Below are positions 18,977 through 27,157 of a DNA stretch of 64,000 bases, piece after piece. This DNA comes from an uncultured Dorea sp. GTDB lineage: Bacteria; Bacillota; Clostridia; Lachnospirales; Lachnospiraceae. The stretch lies in the NCBI GenBank assembly GCA_948602995.1, contig CAPEBR010000013.1:27908-91907 (forward strand), given 5' to 3'. Below the pieces are notes generated by a model, which ran no database searches, was not told the origin of the DNA, and saw only the letters and a program-made list of their open reading frames with translations. Position 1 is the stretch's first letter. Every line of letters starts with the position of its first letter. A program made the translations under genes and the position numbers.

Positions 18977-21615
18977 CTGTTTTTCAGCTTATTCTGAAGC
19001 TGGTATAATGTATTCAATGCATCAATCGGCGTCAGATTGCTGACATCAAGGTTCTTAATCTCCTCCAGTACATCATCATCCTTCACTGTATCAAACAACG
19101 ACATCTGCGCCAGGTCTACCTCATCATATTTTTTCGTATTAAGTTTCGGAGTATGCCCCTGTACCGCAATGTCTTTAATCCGGCCCGTAATATCAGTCTG
19201 AACCAGTTCCTCCACGATCTCCTTTGCACGGCTGATTACCGTATCCGGGACGCCGGCAAGCCTTGCCACCTGAATTCCGTAGCTCTTATCAGCACCGCCT
19301 TTGACGATTTTTCTGAGGAAAATAATATCATCCCCCTTTTCTTTCACGGCGATGCAGTAGTTATTTACACCTTCAATCTTTCCTTCCAGCTCTGTAAGCT
19401 CATGATAATGAGTGGCAAATAAAGTCTTTGCCCCCAGAAGTCTGCTGTTGCTGATATGCTCAATTACTGCCCAGGCAATACTGAGACCGTCAAAGGTACT
19501 GGTACCCCGGCCGATCTCGTCAAGAATCAGAAGACTTTTATTCGTTGCATTCCGCAGAATATTGGCAACCTCCGTCATCTCTACCATAAAGGTACTCTGA
19601 CCGCTTGCCAGGTCATCTGACGCACCTACTCTTGTAAAAATCCGGTCTACCAGTCCGATATCCGCTTTTCCTGCCGGAACAAAGGAACCGGTCTGCGCCA
19701 TCAGGACAATCAGTGCTGTCTGTCTCATATAAGTTGATTTTCCCGCCATATTGGGACCTGTAATAATTGAGATCCGGTTTTTCCTGTCATTCAGATAGGT
19801 GTCATTCGAAATAAACATATCATTCGGAATCATCCGTTCCACAACCGGATGACGGCCGTCCTGGACATCAATAACCCCCTTCTCATTTAGCTTCGGACGG
19901 ACATAGTTATTCTGCTCTGCCACCAGGGCAAGAGAGGCAAACGTGTCAATCTGTGCCACAGCCTTCGCCGTTTTCTGTATCCGCACAACATCCCTGGCAA
20001 TACGGCTTCTGATCTCACAGTACAGCTCATATTCCAGGGAGTACAGCTTATCCTCAGCGCCAAGAATCGTATCCTCTAATTCCTTCAGCTCTGGAATAAT
20101 ATATCGCTCTGCGTTAGCCAGAGTCTGTTTCCTTGTATAATAATCCGGCACCATATTTTTGAAAGAATTAGTAACCTCCAGATAGTAACCGAATACCTTA
20201 TTATATTTAATCCTGAGATTCTTTATCCCGGTTTTTTCCCGCTCCTCGTCCTCCAGCCTGGCAATCCAGTCTTTTCCGTTGGACTTTGCCATCCGGAGCT
20301 TATCGACCTCTTCATTATAGCCGTCCCTGATGATGCCGCCGTCCCTCATGGCAATAGGAGGCTCCTCCTTAATAGAGGTCTGCACCAGGCCGCAGAGATC
20401 ATCCAGTGTGTCCAGTCCTTCATATATTTCCTTTAAAAGAGGGCTTTTCATCTCGCTTAATATGTACTTGATGTGGGGCAGCATGGAGAGTGAGCTCTGA
20501 AAGGCGATCAGATCTCTTGGATTTGCTGTCTGATATGTTATCCTGCTGACCAGACGTTCCAGATCATAGACCGGTGACAGATATTCCCGGATCTCCTCTC
20601 TTGATATGGCATTTTGCAGAAGTTCTTCAACCGCATCCAGTCTTCGCTCAATCTCTGACTTATGAATCAGGGGCTGCTCAATATTTTTCCTGAGATTCCT
20701 GGCCCCCATGGCTGTCTTTGTCTTATCCAGCACCCACAGAAGCGAACCTCTCTTCTGCTTCTCCCGAAGCGTCTCACAAAGCTCCAGATTCCGCCTTGTA
20801 GAACTGTCAAGCAGCATATACTTTCCCGTTGCATAGGGTGTAAGCCTTGACATATGGGAAAGAGAGGTCTTCTGTGTCTCCTTCAGGTATATCAGAAGCG
20901 CCCCTGATGCAATCACTCCGCAGTCATAATCCGAAATTCCAAGCCCTTCCATAGAGCTTACCTGAAAATGCTCTTTTAGTGTCTGTGTGCAGATGGCATC
21001 ATCAAAATACCATGCATCCAGCGAGTAAATCGTAACTCCCAGCCTGTCCTTTAAATCATCAATGTCCATGCCGCTCATATAGAATGCTTCGTTACATATC
21101 AGCTCTGACGGCATAAACTTATAAATTTCATCAAAAAGCTTCCCGGCATTTTCAATCTCCGTTACAAAATAATCCCCTGTCGTGACATCCGCAACTGACA
21201 TTCCGAAGCGGTCTGCAATATATGCCACACACATAATATAATTATTCCGTGATTCATCCAGGGCCTGCATATCAAGATTCGTCCCCGGTGTAGCCACACG
21301 GACTACCTCACGCCTTACAATCCCTCTTGCATTAGACGGCTCCTCCATCTGCTCACAGATTGCCACCTTGTATCCTTTGGAAACCAGCCGGTTCAGATAT
21401 CCGTCCACAGAATGAAAAGGCACGCCGCACATGGGCGCCCTTTCCTCTAATCCACAATTTTTCCCGGTTAAAGTAATATCAAGCTCCTTTGATGCCGTAA
21501 TCGCATCATCAAAGAACATCTCATAAAAATCACCCAGCCTGTAAAATAAAATGCAGTCCTTATATTCCTCTTTGGTCTTCATGTACTGCTGCATCATTGG
21601 TGTTAACTCAGCCAC
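18970..21615 (-). CDS. mutS: DNA mismatch repair protein MutS
   Basis: N-terminal TPMMQQY...FYRLGDFYE, Walker A GPNMAGKST; GTG start. Confidence 0.95.
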   Translation of the reverse strand: MAELTPMMQQYMKTKEEYKDCILFYRLGDFYEMFFDDAITASKELDITLTGKNCGLEERAPMCGVPFHSVDGYLNRLVSKGYKVAICEQMEEPSNARGIVRREVVRVATPGTNLDMQALDESRNNYIMCVAYIADRFGMSVADVTTGDYFVTEIENAGKLFDEIYKFMPSELICNEAFYMSGMDIDDLKDRLGVTIYSLDAWYFDDAICTQTLKEHFQVSSMEGLGISDYDCGVIASGALLIYLKETQKTSLSHMSRLTPYATGKYMLLDSSTRRNLELCETLREKQKRGSLLWVLDKTKTAMGARNLRKNIEQPLIHKSEIERRLDAVEELLQNAISREEIREYLSPVYDLERLVSRITYQTANPRDLIAFQSSLSMLPHIKYILSEMKSPLLKEIYEGLDTLDDLCGLVQTSIKEEPPIAMRDGGIIRDGYNEEVDKLRMAKSNGKDWIARLEDEEREKTGIKNLRIKYNKVFGYYLEVTNSFKNMVPDYYTRKQTLANAERYIIPELKELEDTILGAEDKLYSLEYELYCEIRSRIARDVVRIQKTAKAVAQIDTFASLALVAEQNNYVRPKLNEKGVIDVQDGRHPVVERMIPNDMFISNDTYLNDRKNRISIITGPNMAGKSTYMRQTALIVLMAQTGSFVPAGKADIGLVDRIFTRVGASDDLASGQSTFMVEMTEVANILRNATNKSLLILDEIGRGTSTFDGLSIAWAVIEHISNSRLLGAKTLFATHYHELTELEGKIEGVNNYCIAVKEKGDDIIFLRKIVKGGADKSYGIQVARLAGVPDTVISRAKEIVEELVQTDITGRIKDIAVQGHTPKLNTKKYDEVDLAQMSLFDTVKDDDVLEEIKNLDVSNLTPIDALNTLYQLQNKLKNRW

Positions 21616-21740
21616 AGTTTTTCTCCTCTTTTCTAATAACGTCAGCCCGTCAGACTGATTCCATTATACCCATTCTTATTCCATATGACAATACCCTTAT
21701 TTCATGCCTGCATGAAATGCATAAGCTTTTGAAGTTTGTA

Positions 21741-22727
21741 TCATTTTACCAGCTTTCGGTGTATGGTCTGATACTTACTCTTTTTCATTTCCCTCTGGAG
21801 CTTCTTATAATCTTTCGTGTAGCGTCCGATTCCCTGGCCGTTCCTGCCGCGGTACAGCCATATATAATCACTTTTAATCTCCAGTGAGTATCCTTTTTTT
21901 GCGGACAGGACCCCTTTCATTTTTTTCAGATTTCTCTCATAATCCCGGATCAGCTTCGCATAACTGCTCTCAAGTTTCCGGTAGGCCTCACGGAATTTTT
22001 TATTATAAATGATTCCTCTGTACACATCTGGATAATGGGCTTTTGCATAGTACAGATAGTGCAGAATGTAATATTTGAATTCTGCATAGGCAAGCTTCCC
22101 GTTCTCGCACTCATTAATATAAATCTTCCACTCATCCCAGTCCGCCTTCTGCCTGACTAGATACGGGTACAGGGAAACATCCGTATTCATTCCTGCCCTG
22201 TAAGCCATAAATTCATTTAACAGGCCATATACTCCTTCTACATTCGATGAGAGATTCGAAACCGGCTTACCAATATAGGTATTAAAACGGAACGTCCTGT
22301 ATTTCCCCGGAACAGACTTTGCCATCTCTTTGGTGTTATATACCTTTGTATGCGGCACATACACGGTTTTCTTCTTTCCCACAAAATAGGCCCGTCCCCT
22401 TGTGTTCATATAAGAATAAAGGTAGCCATGGGTTTCTTCGTGGACAGCCGTACCCAGTCCGTCAAGAATCCGTCCCTGGTTAAACCAGGTAAGGACATTA
22501 TCTCCCTTTGCAATCTGCTTTTTTAAGATATAGGCGCCGTCCCTGTCATACTGGTTCAGAACCTTTAATACATTGCTTTTTGTAACCCGGGCATTCAGCC
22601 CCGGGGGCCTGGATGCTGCCTGTACCCTGGATGCCTCCCTGGGAGTTCCTGCAAAGATATGAAACAGCATAACAAAAATCAATAATCCTGCGATAACCTT
22701 ATTCTTCTTCAGCCTCTTCGACATCAT
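21741..22727 (-). CDS. Secreted or membrane-anchored hypothetical protein with an HExxH motif (putative metallopeptidase-like)
   Basis: N-terminal signal/anchor (KKNKVIAGLLIFVMLFHIFAG). HEETH at GTAVHEETHGY, with a candidate third-ligand Glu in LLNEFMAY about 65 aa downstream. SD AGAGGAG 6 nt from the ATG. No family recognised. Confidence 0.6.
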   Translation of the reverse strand: MMSKRLKKNKVIAGLLIFVMLFHIFAGTPREASRVQAASRPPGLNARVTKSNVLKVLNQYDRDGAYILKKQIAKGDNVLTWFNQGRILDGLGTAVHEETHGYLYSYMNTRGRAYFVGKKKTVYVPHTKVYNTKEMAKSVPGKYRTFRFNTYIGKPVSNLSSNVEGVYGLLNEFMAYRAGMNTDVSLYPYLVRQKADWDEWKIYINECENGKLAYAEFKYYILHYLYYAKAHYPDVYRGIIYNKKFREAYRKLESSYAKLIRDYERNLKKMKGVLSAKKGYSLEIKSDYIWLYRGRNGQGIGRYTKDYKKLQREMKKSKYQTIHRKLVK

Positions 22728-22739
22728 ATACCACTCCTC

Positions 22740-23012
22740 TTTTCACGAAAACCATTTTCGCACCTGCTTGTTCCTATGCACTCTTTTGACCATGATTCGG
22801 CAGATCTGCGCAGAAAGTGCGCAGACATCAGAAATCACGTATCCTGGCTGCAAGGCTAAACGGAATAATCCCTCCCTGCACAGTCTCTTATCTCTGTTCA
22901 CAGGTTACCGCTTCTCCCTTTACCATACAGTTGCTGTATGTCTTCTCTCTTCAACCTCATGAAGTCTGTTGCATAAAGGGCAGTCCACATGGATTTTCCT
23001 GACTAATTCCAT
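22740..23012 (-). pseudogene. Decayed zinc-ribbon + HTH regulator (YgiT/MqsA-like XRE family) with a frameshift and in-frame stops
   Basis: SD GGAGAGGAG, then the ATG at 23012, gives MELVRKIHVDCPLCNRLHEVEERRHTATVW-stop (22920). The next frame continues VKGEAVTCEQR*ETVQGGIIPFSLAARIRDF*CLRTFCADLPNHGQKSA*EQAG. That resembles the CxxC zinc ribbon and the HTH (..FA..L......V..WEQG) of this family, with W replaced by TAG. The reading is from memory of family consensus. Confidence 0.4.
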
Positions 23013-23082
23013 CACTTCAGTCTCCTCTCCTTATGTATTAGAAATCCCGTAACGGTTCAGTCCCTTTACTTTTTATCCAACA

Positions 23083-23127
23083 CATCCTATCAATTGATAG
23101 TATACCAATCAATTGATAGGATGTCAA
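23083..23127 (-). promoter_or_regulatory. Near-consensus sigma-A promoter embedded in a 16-bp-arm perfect palindrome (operator)
   Basis: On the minus strand: TTGACA (23127-23122), a 17-nt spacer, then TATACT (23104-23099). The palindrome CATCCTATCAATTGAT (23083-23098) / ATCAATTGATAGGATG (23108-23123) brackets the -10 and abuts the -35 (2-nt overlap). Confidence 0.55.
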
Positions 23128-23133
23128 GACGAA

Positions 23134-23553
23134 TCATAAAAAATGGTAATGCGGCTTTTCCTCACCATAAATCCAGTAAAGCAGATATCCGCCCAGCAGT
23201 ATCCCCACTGCACACAGCCCTGAAAAGATCACAGCAAACTGAAGGCTGATCTGCCCAAAAATCTGAAAAGGCAGGCCGCTGTAATCCCATACTCCCAGCC
23301 GCAGCCACTTATTCACGATAATCCCGGTGATAAACTCCATGCTTGTCACGAAGATACTGCACCGCAGGATCTGCCTCCACAGAGGATCCTCCCAGCGGAC
23401 CATCCTTCCCTGTACAGTAAAGAATACCAGACAGAGTCCTCCCAGTAAAAACATTGTCCAGTGTGAAAATCCCCGAAATATAATTTCAAATCCATAATAC
23501 AAAGCTCCCCCCAGAGTCCCTAGAAATAAATACTCACTTAATTTTTTCATCAA
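23134..23553 (-). CDS. Small polytopic membrane protein (putative ABC-transporter type IV / DUF1113-like)
   Basis: Four TM helices. The FEIIFRGFSHW and VWDYSGLPF motifs are reminiscent of the CmpB-like family (from memory). Confidence 0.65.
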   Translation of the reverse strand: MMKKLSEYLFLGTLGGALYYGFEIIFRGFSHWTMFLLGGLCLVFFTVQGRMVRWEDPLWRQILRCSIFVTSMEFITGIIVNKWLRLGVWDYSGLPFQIFGQISLQFAVIFSGLCAVGILLGGYLLYWIYGEEKPHYHFL

Positions 23554-23675
23554 AAAATGTCCTCACCAGTGTTTTATACAGATAAGCTTATGCTGTAACC
23601 GTTCCCGGCCTCTTCAAAGCGATCTCTTATCTCACATCATAGTTTGGACATTTTTTCATATTTTGATACAGGCGT

Positions 23676-23843
23676 CCTAGAGCGTGTTTGAAAATTCATT
23701 CCTGCCATCTGCACGCCCCACTTTGCGGCTAATTTGCCCCGCATTCAGTCAGCGTAGCCCGCTACGCCTCCTTCATTTGGGGCAAATTCCCCACAATTTG
23801 TGACGCACATTTGGCAGAAAGCAATTTTCAAACACGCTCTAGG
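23676..23843. repeat. 168-bp palindromic intergenic element with 21-bp perfect terminal inverted repeats
   Basis: CCTAGAGCGTGTTTGAAAATT (23676-23696) is the exact reverse complement of 23823-23843. The interior is an imperfect palindrome centred on GCGTAGCCCGCTACGC. No ORF. Confidence 0.7.
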
Positions 23844-23866
23844 GTCATGTTTTTACATGCCTGACA

Positions 23867-25315
23867 CTACTCACTTTTTTTCCCGATATAATAAAATCCT
23901 TTACATTCTTCCAGCAGTACTTTTACATAAGAACCTATAAGCTTGGCTTCTCCCGGAAAATGCACCAGCAGATTATTACTGAGTCTTCCGGTAACCATCG
24001 TCTTGTCATGCTCACTGAGTTCCTCCACCAGAACCTCCTGGACCGTTCCCTCATGCACAGAGCATGCGTGTGCGGCAATCTCCTGCACCTCCTTAAGGAG
24101 CCGGTCAAAGCGGTCCCGGATCACATTCTCCGGCACCTGATTCTCCATTACAGCCGCCGGGGTTCCCGTCCTTTTCGAATAGATAAAGGTAAAGGCACTG
24201 TCATATCTTACCTTCCTCACAACATCCAGTGTCTCCTGAAAATCCTCCTCAGTCTCCCCTGGGAATCCGACAATAATATCTGTTGTAAGAGAAATATCCG
24301 GCACTGCTTCCCGAAGTCTCCTGACCAGCATAAGATACTGCTCCTTTGTATACCGGCGGTTCATCTTTCCAAGAATCTTTGTGCTTCCTGACTGCACTGG
24401 AAGATGCAGATGCCTGCAGATCTTATCAGACTTTGCCATCACCTGAATCAGCTCCTCTGACAGATCCTTTGGATGGGAAGTCATAAACCGGATTCTCCTG
24501 ATTCCCCTGATCTTCTCAATCTCCCGAAGAAGCTGTGCAAATGTCACCGGGACATCCAGCGTCTTCCCATAGGAGTTCACATTCTGCCCAAGCAGCATCA
24601 CCTCACTTACACCATCCGCCGCAAGCCTTTCAATCTCCCGTATAATCGCATCCGGTTCCCGGCTTCTCTCCCGTCCCCTTACATAAGGCACAATACAATA
24701 ACTGCAGAAGTTATTGCATCCAAACATAATATTAACGCCTGATTTAAACGGATATTTCCTTTTGTTCGGGAGATCCTCCACAATCTGGTCCGTATCCTTC
24801 CAGATATCAATCACCTGACGCCCGGAGTCCATCCTGGCCGCAACAAGCTCCGCAAATTTATATATATTATGTGTCCCGAAGACCAGATCCACAAACCGGT
24901 AGCTTTTCTTAAGCTTCTCCACCACCTCCGGCTCCTGCATCATACACCCGCAGAGCGCAATCATCATCCCGGGATTCTTAGTTTTACGCGGCTTTAGCTG
25001 TCCAAGCCTCCCATACACCCTTGTATTGGCATTCTCCCTTACGGTACATGTATTATAGATCACAAAATCCGCAGTCTCCTCACTGCCCTCATCATATCCA
25101 ATCTCACGCAGCACTCCCCGCAGCTTCTCAGAATCCCTCGCATTCATCTGACAGCCAAACGTCGTAACACACGCAGCCGGACGCCGTCCATTTTCCTTCA
25201 CAAACTCCTGAACCCATTCCCGGCATTTCATCATAAAATAATACTGCCTGGCAGGCTCCTCTGCGGGCGGCTCAACACTTACATCTATTTTATCTAAATC
25301 AATTTCCTGATACAT
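23867..25315 (-). CDS. miaB: tRNA-i6A37 methylthiotransferase
   Basis: UPF0004 N-domain, radical-SAM CNNFCSYC and a C-terminal TRAM domain. Confidence 0.95.
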   Translation of the reverse strand: MYQEIDLDKIDVSVEPPAEEPARQYYFMMKCREWVQEFVKENGRRPAACVTTFGCQMNARDSEKLRGVLREIGYDEGSEETADFVIYNTCTVRENANTRVYGRLGQLKPRKTKNPGMMIALCGCMMQEPEVVEKLKKSYRFVDLVFGTHNIYKFAELVAARMDSGRQVIDIWKDTDQIVEDLPNKRKYPFKSGVNIMFGCNNFCSYCIVPYVRGRERSREPDAIIREIERLAADGVSEVMLLGQNVNSYGKTLDVPVTFAQLLREIEKIRGIRRIRFMTSHPKDLSEELIQVMAKSDKICRHLHLPVQSGSTKILGKMNRRYTKEQYLMLVRRLREAVPDISLTTDIIVGFPGETEEDFQETLDVVRKVRYDSAFTFIYSKRTGTPAAVMENQVPENVIRDRFDRLLKEVQEIAAHACSVHEGTVQEVLVEELSEHDKTMVTGRLSNNLLVHFPGEAKLIGSYVKVLLEECKGFYYIGKKSE

Positions 25316-25416
25316 TTCTCTTGACTTTCTCCCTTACCTGTCATATAAATACAACTTCTTTCGTATGTCATTTATTACCACGATCTGATTCCCGTTCATC
25401 CAATCTTTTATCCCTC

Positions 25417-25602
25417 TCAGACAAACTGATGCAGGGATTCATCATATTCATAGTCAATCTCCTTCAGAAGCATAACAATCGTCTCCCGGTCCGCCTGTAT
25501 ATCTTCACACAATGCATCAAGAGTATGATACTCATCCCGGATTTTCGTATTCACTACACTCAGCAGCATTACCGGATCTTTCGGTAAATAATCCATCATC
25601 AA
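25417..25602 (-). CDS. DUF4250-family small protein
   Basis: 61 aa; LPKDPVMLLSVVNTKIRDEY..L..LCEDI is typical of DUF4250. Confidence 0.7.
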   Translation of the reverse strand: MMMDYLPKDPVMLLSVVNTKIRDEYHTLDALCEDIQADRETIVMLLKEIDYEYDESLHQFV

Positions 25603-26156
25603 TACATTCCTTTCTCTGTTGCGAGCAGATCCACCCGCACATCTGTCTTTTCCGGCTTTATTCGATCCAAAATCTGGAATTCAAACGCAGCGCCGATCGT
25701 ACGTATCTTCCCATGAGCCGCAAGATATCTGTCATAGCAGCCCTTCCCATACCCGATCCGGTTTCCCAGCCTGTCAAATGCAGCCCCCGGAAGAATCATC
25801 AGCCCCTTTTCATCAAAAATAGCCTTCCTTTCTCCCGTTGGCTCCATAATCCCAAAAGTCCCGGATCCAAGCTCTGAAAAAGAACTAATTTCATAAAAAT
25901 CCATCCTCTCCCCGTCCATCCGCGGCACACAGACCCTCTTTCCAGCCCGCCACGCTTCCTCAATCAGTCCCCTCATTCCCACCTCGCCGCGAAAATCCAC
26001 ATAACAAAATATCATCCTGGCCTCAGCAAACCACGCATGCTCCCTGATCCGCTTCGCAATCGACTGCGTCCCACACTCCCATTCAGAGGCATCCAGATCC
26101 ATCCGCAGCTTCAAAATCCTGCGCCTAATGTCCTCTTTTCTTTCCAAACTTCTCAC
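25599..26156 (-). CDS. 5-formyltetrahydrofolate cyclo-ligase
   Basis: KEDIRRRILKLR N-terminus and LPGAAFDRLGNRIGYGKGCYDRYL core motif. GTG start overlaps the upstream gene's end. Confidence 0.85.
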   Translation of the reverse strand: MRSLERKEDIRRRILKLRMDLDASEWECGTQSIAKRIREHAWFAEARMIFCYVDFRGEVGMRGLIEEAWRAGKRVCVPRMDGERMDFYEISSFSELGSGTFGIMEPTGERKAIFDEKGLMILPGAAFDRLGNRIGYGKGCYDRYLAAHGKIRTIGAAFEFQILDRIKPEKTDVRVDLLATEKGMY

Positions 26157-26346
26157 CTAGATCCGTAATGCTCCCATCAGCCTCCACAATCGAAATGTTA
26201 TCAAGCTGACTCCTCAGATTCTGCCGGAACGAATCAACATACTCCCTCCGCAGAATCTGCTGCTCCTTCAGTTCCTCCTCACTCAGGCCTTCCTTTTTAG
26301 ACTTATGATACAACTCATTAATCCGGGCAATTTTCTTCTCATCCAT
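26125..26346 (-). CDS. DUF896 (UPF0291/YnzC-like) small protein
   Basis: RINELYHKSKKEGLSEEELKEQQILRREY is the DUF896 signature. Confidence 0.8.
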   Translation of the reverse strand: MDEKKIARINELYHKSKKEGLSEEELKEQQILRREYVDSFRQNLRSQLDNISIVEADGSITDLGEKFGKKRGH

Positions 26347-26415
26347 ATCGATAAACCTCCAAAATCACAGTAACACCATCTTACACCATCTCCACGCAGA
26401 AGTCAAAGTATAGTT

Positions 26416-26548
26416 GTTACTGTTCATACAGGTCTGTGCATTTACTGCACAGACCGTAAGAAAGTGATTCAGGAGTGAGCAAATCCCATTCGCGGAGCGA
26501 ATTTTAGATGGATTTGCGAATGTTACTGGTCACGGAGTGAACAGTAAC
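26416..26548. mobile_element. MITE-like non-autonomous element, copy A (133 bp)
   Basis: TIRs GTTACTGTTCAT / GTGAACAGTAAC. Flanked by the direct repeat GTATAGTT (26408-26415 and 26549-26556). Its reverse complement is 131/133 identical to 38876-39008. No ORF. Confidence 0.8.
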
Positions 26549-26633
26549 GTATAGTTAATATTCACTATGAACAATAATGAATAAAAAATAGAAAAAACGC
26601 TGATACTATAATCAAAAAAAAGGAGTTGTCCTT

Positions 26634-27038
26634 ATGCAGAAAAACAAATATGCCATCTACTTCGCCGTACTTTCCGTCAGCGCAGTTCTCATAATCACCT
26701 GTGCCTACCAGCTCAGCTACTACCGCGCAAAAGAGCGCGCCCAGGAGGCCCGCCTGAAAAAAGAGACTGAAATTACCATAGAAACCGAACAAGAGCCCGC
26801 CCAGGAACCCGAGCAAACCGTTCCCACTGAAGGCGAAGCCCTAAAAGAGGACTGTTACTATCTCATGGAAGTAAACGGATACATTGTCGTCTACCAGAGC
26901 GACAAAAAAACCCCCTACGAATACACCGACATCCTCTACGACGAACTCCCCGAAAAAATCCGAAGCGAAATCCGAAACGGCAAATACATCCAGAACATCC
27001 AGGAACTCTACAGCTTCCTCGAAAACTACTCCAGCTAA
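26634..27038 (+). CDS. Membrane-anchored hypothetical protein (BofC C-terminal-domain-like)
   Basis: SD AAGGAG. N-terminal TM, an acidic linker, then EVNGYIVVYQSDKKTPYEYTDILYDELPEKIRSEIRNGKYIQNIQELYSFLENY, a pattern resembling BofC_C (from memory). Confidence 0.65.
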   Translation: MQKNKYAIYFAVLSVSAVLIITCAYQLSYYRAKERAQEARLKKETEITIETEQEPAQEPEQTVPTEGEALKEDCYYLMEVNGYIVVYQSDKKTPYEYTDILYDELPEKIRSEIRNGKYIQNIQELYSFLENYSS

Positions 27039-27084
27039 CACACAATCCCGGGCAAATTCCCTTATTCCCTGCACAGACACAAAT

Positions 27085-27125
27085 CGAGCGCATTTGAAAA
27101 TTCATTCAAGCCACCTGAACTCCCC
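27085..27125. repeat. Solo terminus related to the left end of the 23676 element
   Basis: CGAGCGCATTTGAAAATTCATTCAAGCCACCTGAACTCCCC versus 23679-23719 AGAGCGTGTTTGAAAATTCATTCCTGCCATCTGCACGCCCC: about 33/41 identical. Confidence 0.55.
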
Positions 27126-27157
27126 TCCTCCCCACACAGCCCTCCTGCGAAAGCCAC

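Noticed and set aside
21690-21720. Short hairpin TTTCATG-CCTG-CATGAAA downstream of the HExxH gene as a terminator
   Set aside because: The stem is only 7 bp and neither strand has a T-run. That is insufficient to call.
26565-27105. Minus-strand ORFs of 83, 79 and 80 aa, and the +92-aa ORF 26884-27162, overlapping the 26634-27038 gene
   Set aside because: These are alternative frames or the antisense of a gene that has a strong SD and a sensible domain layout. Their translations are repetitive (F/G/V-rich or S/T/P-rich).
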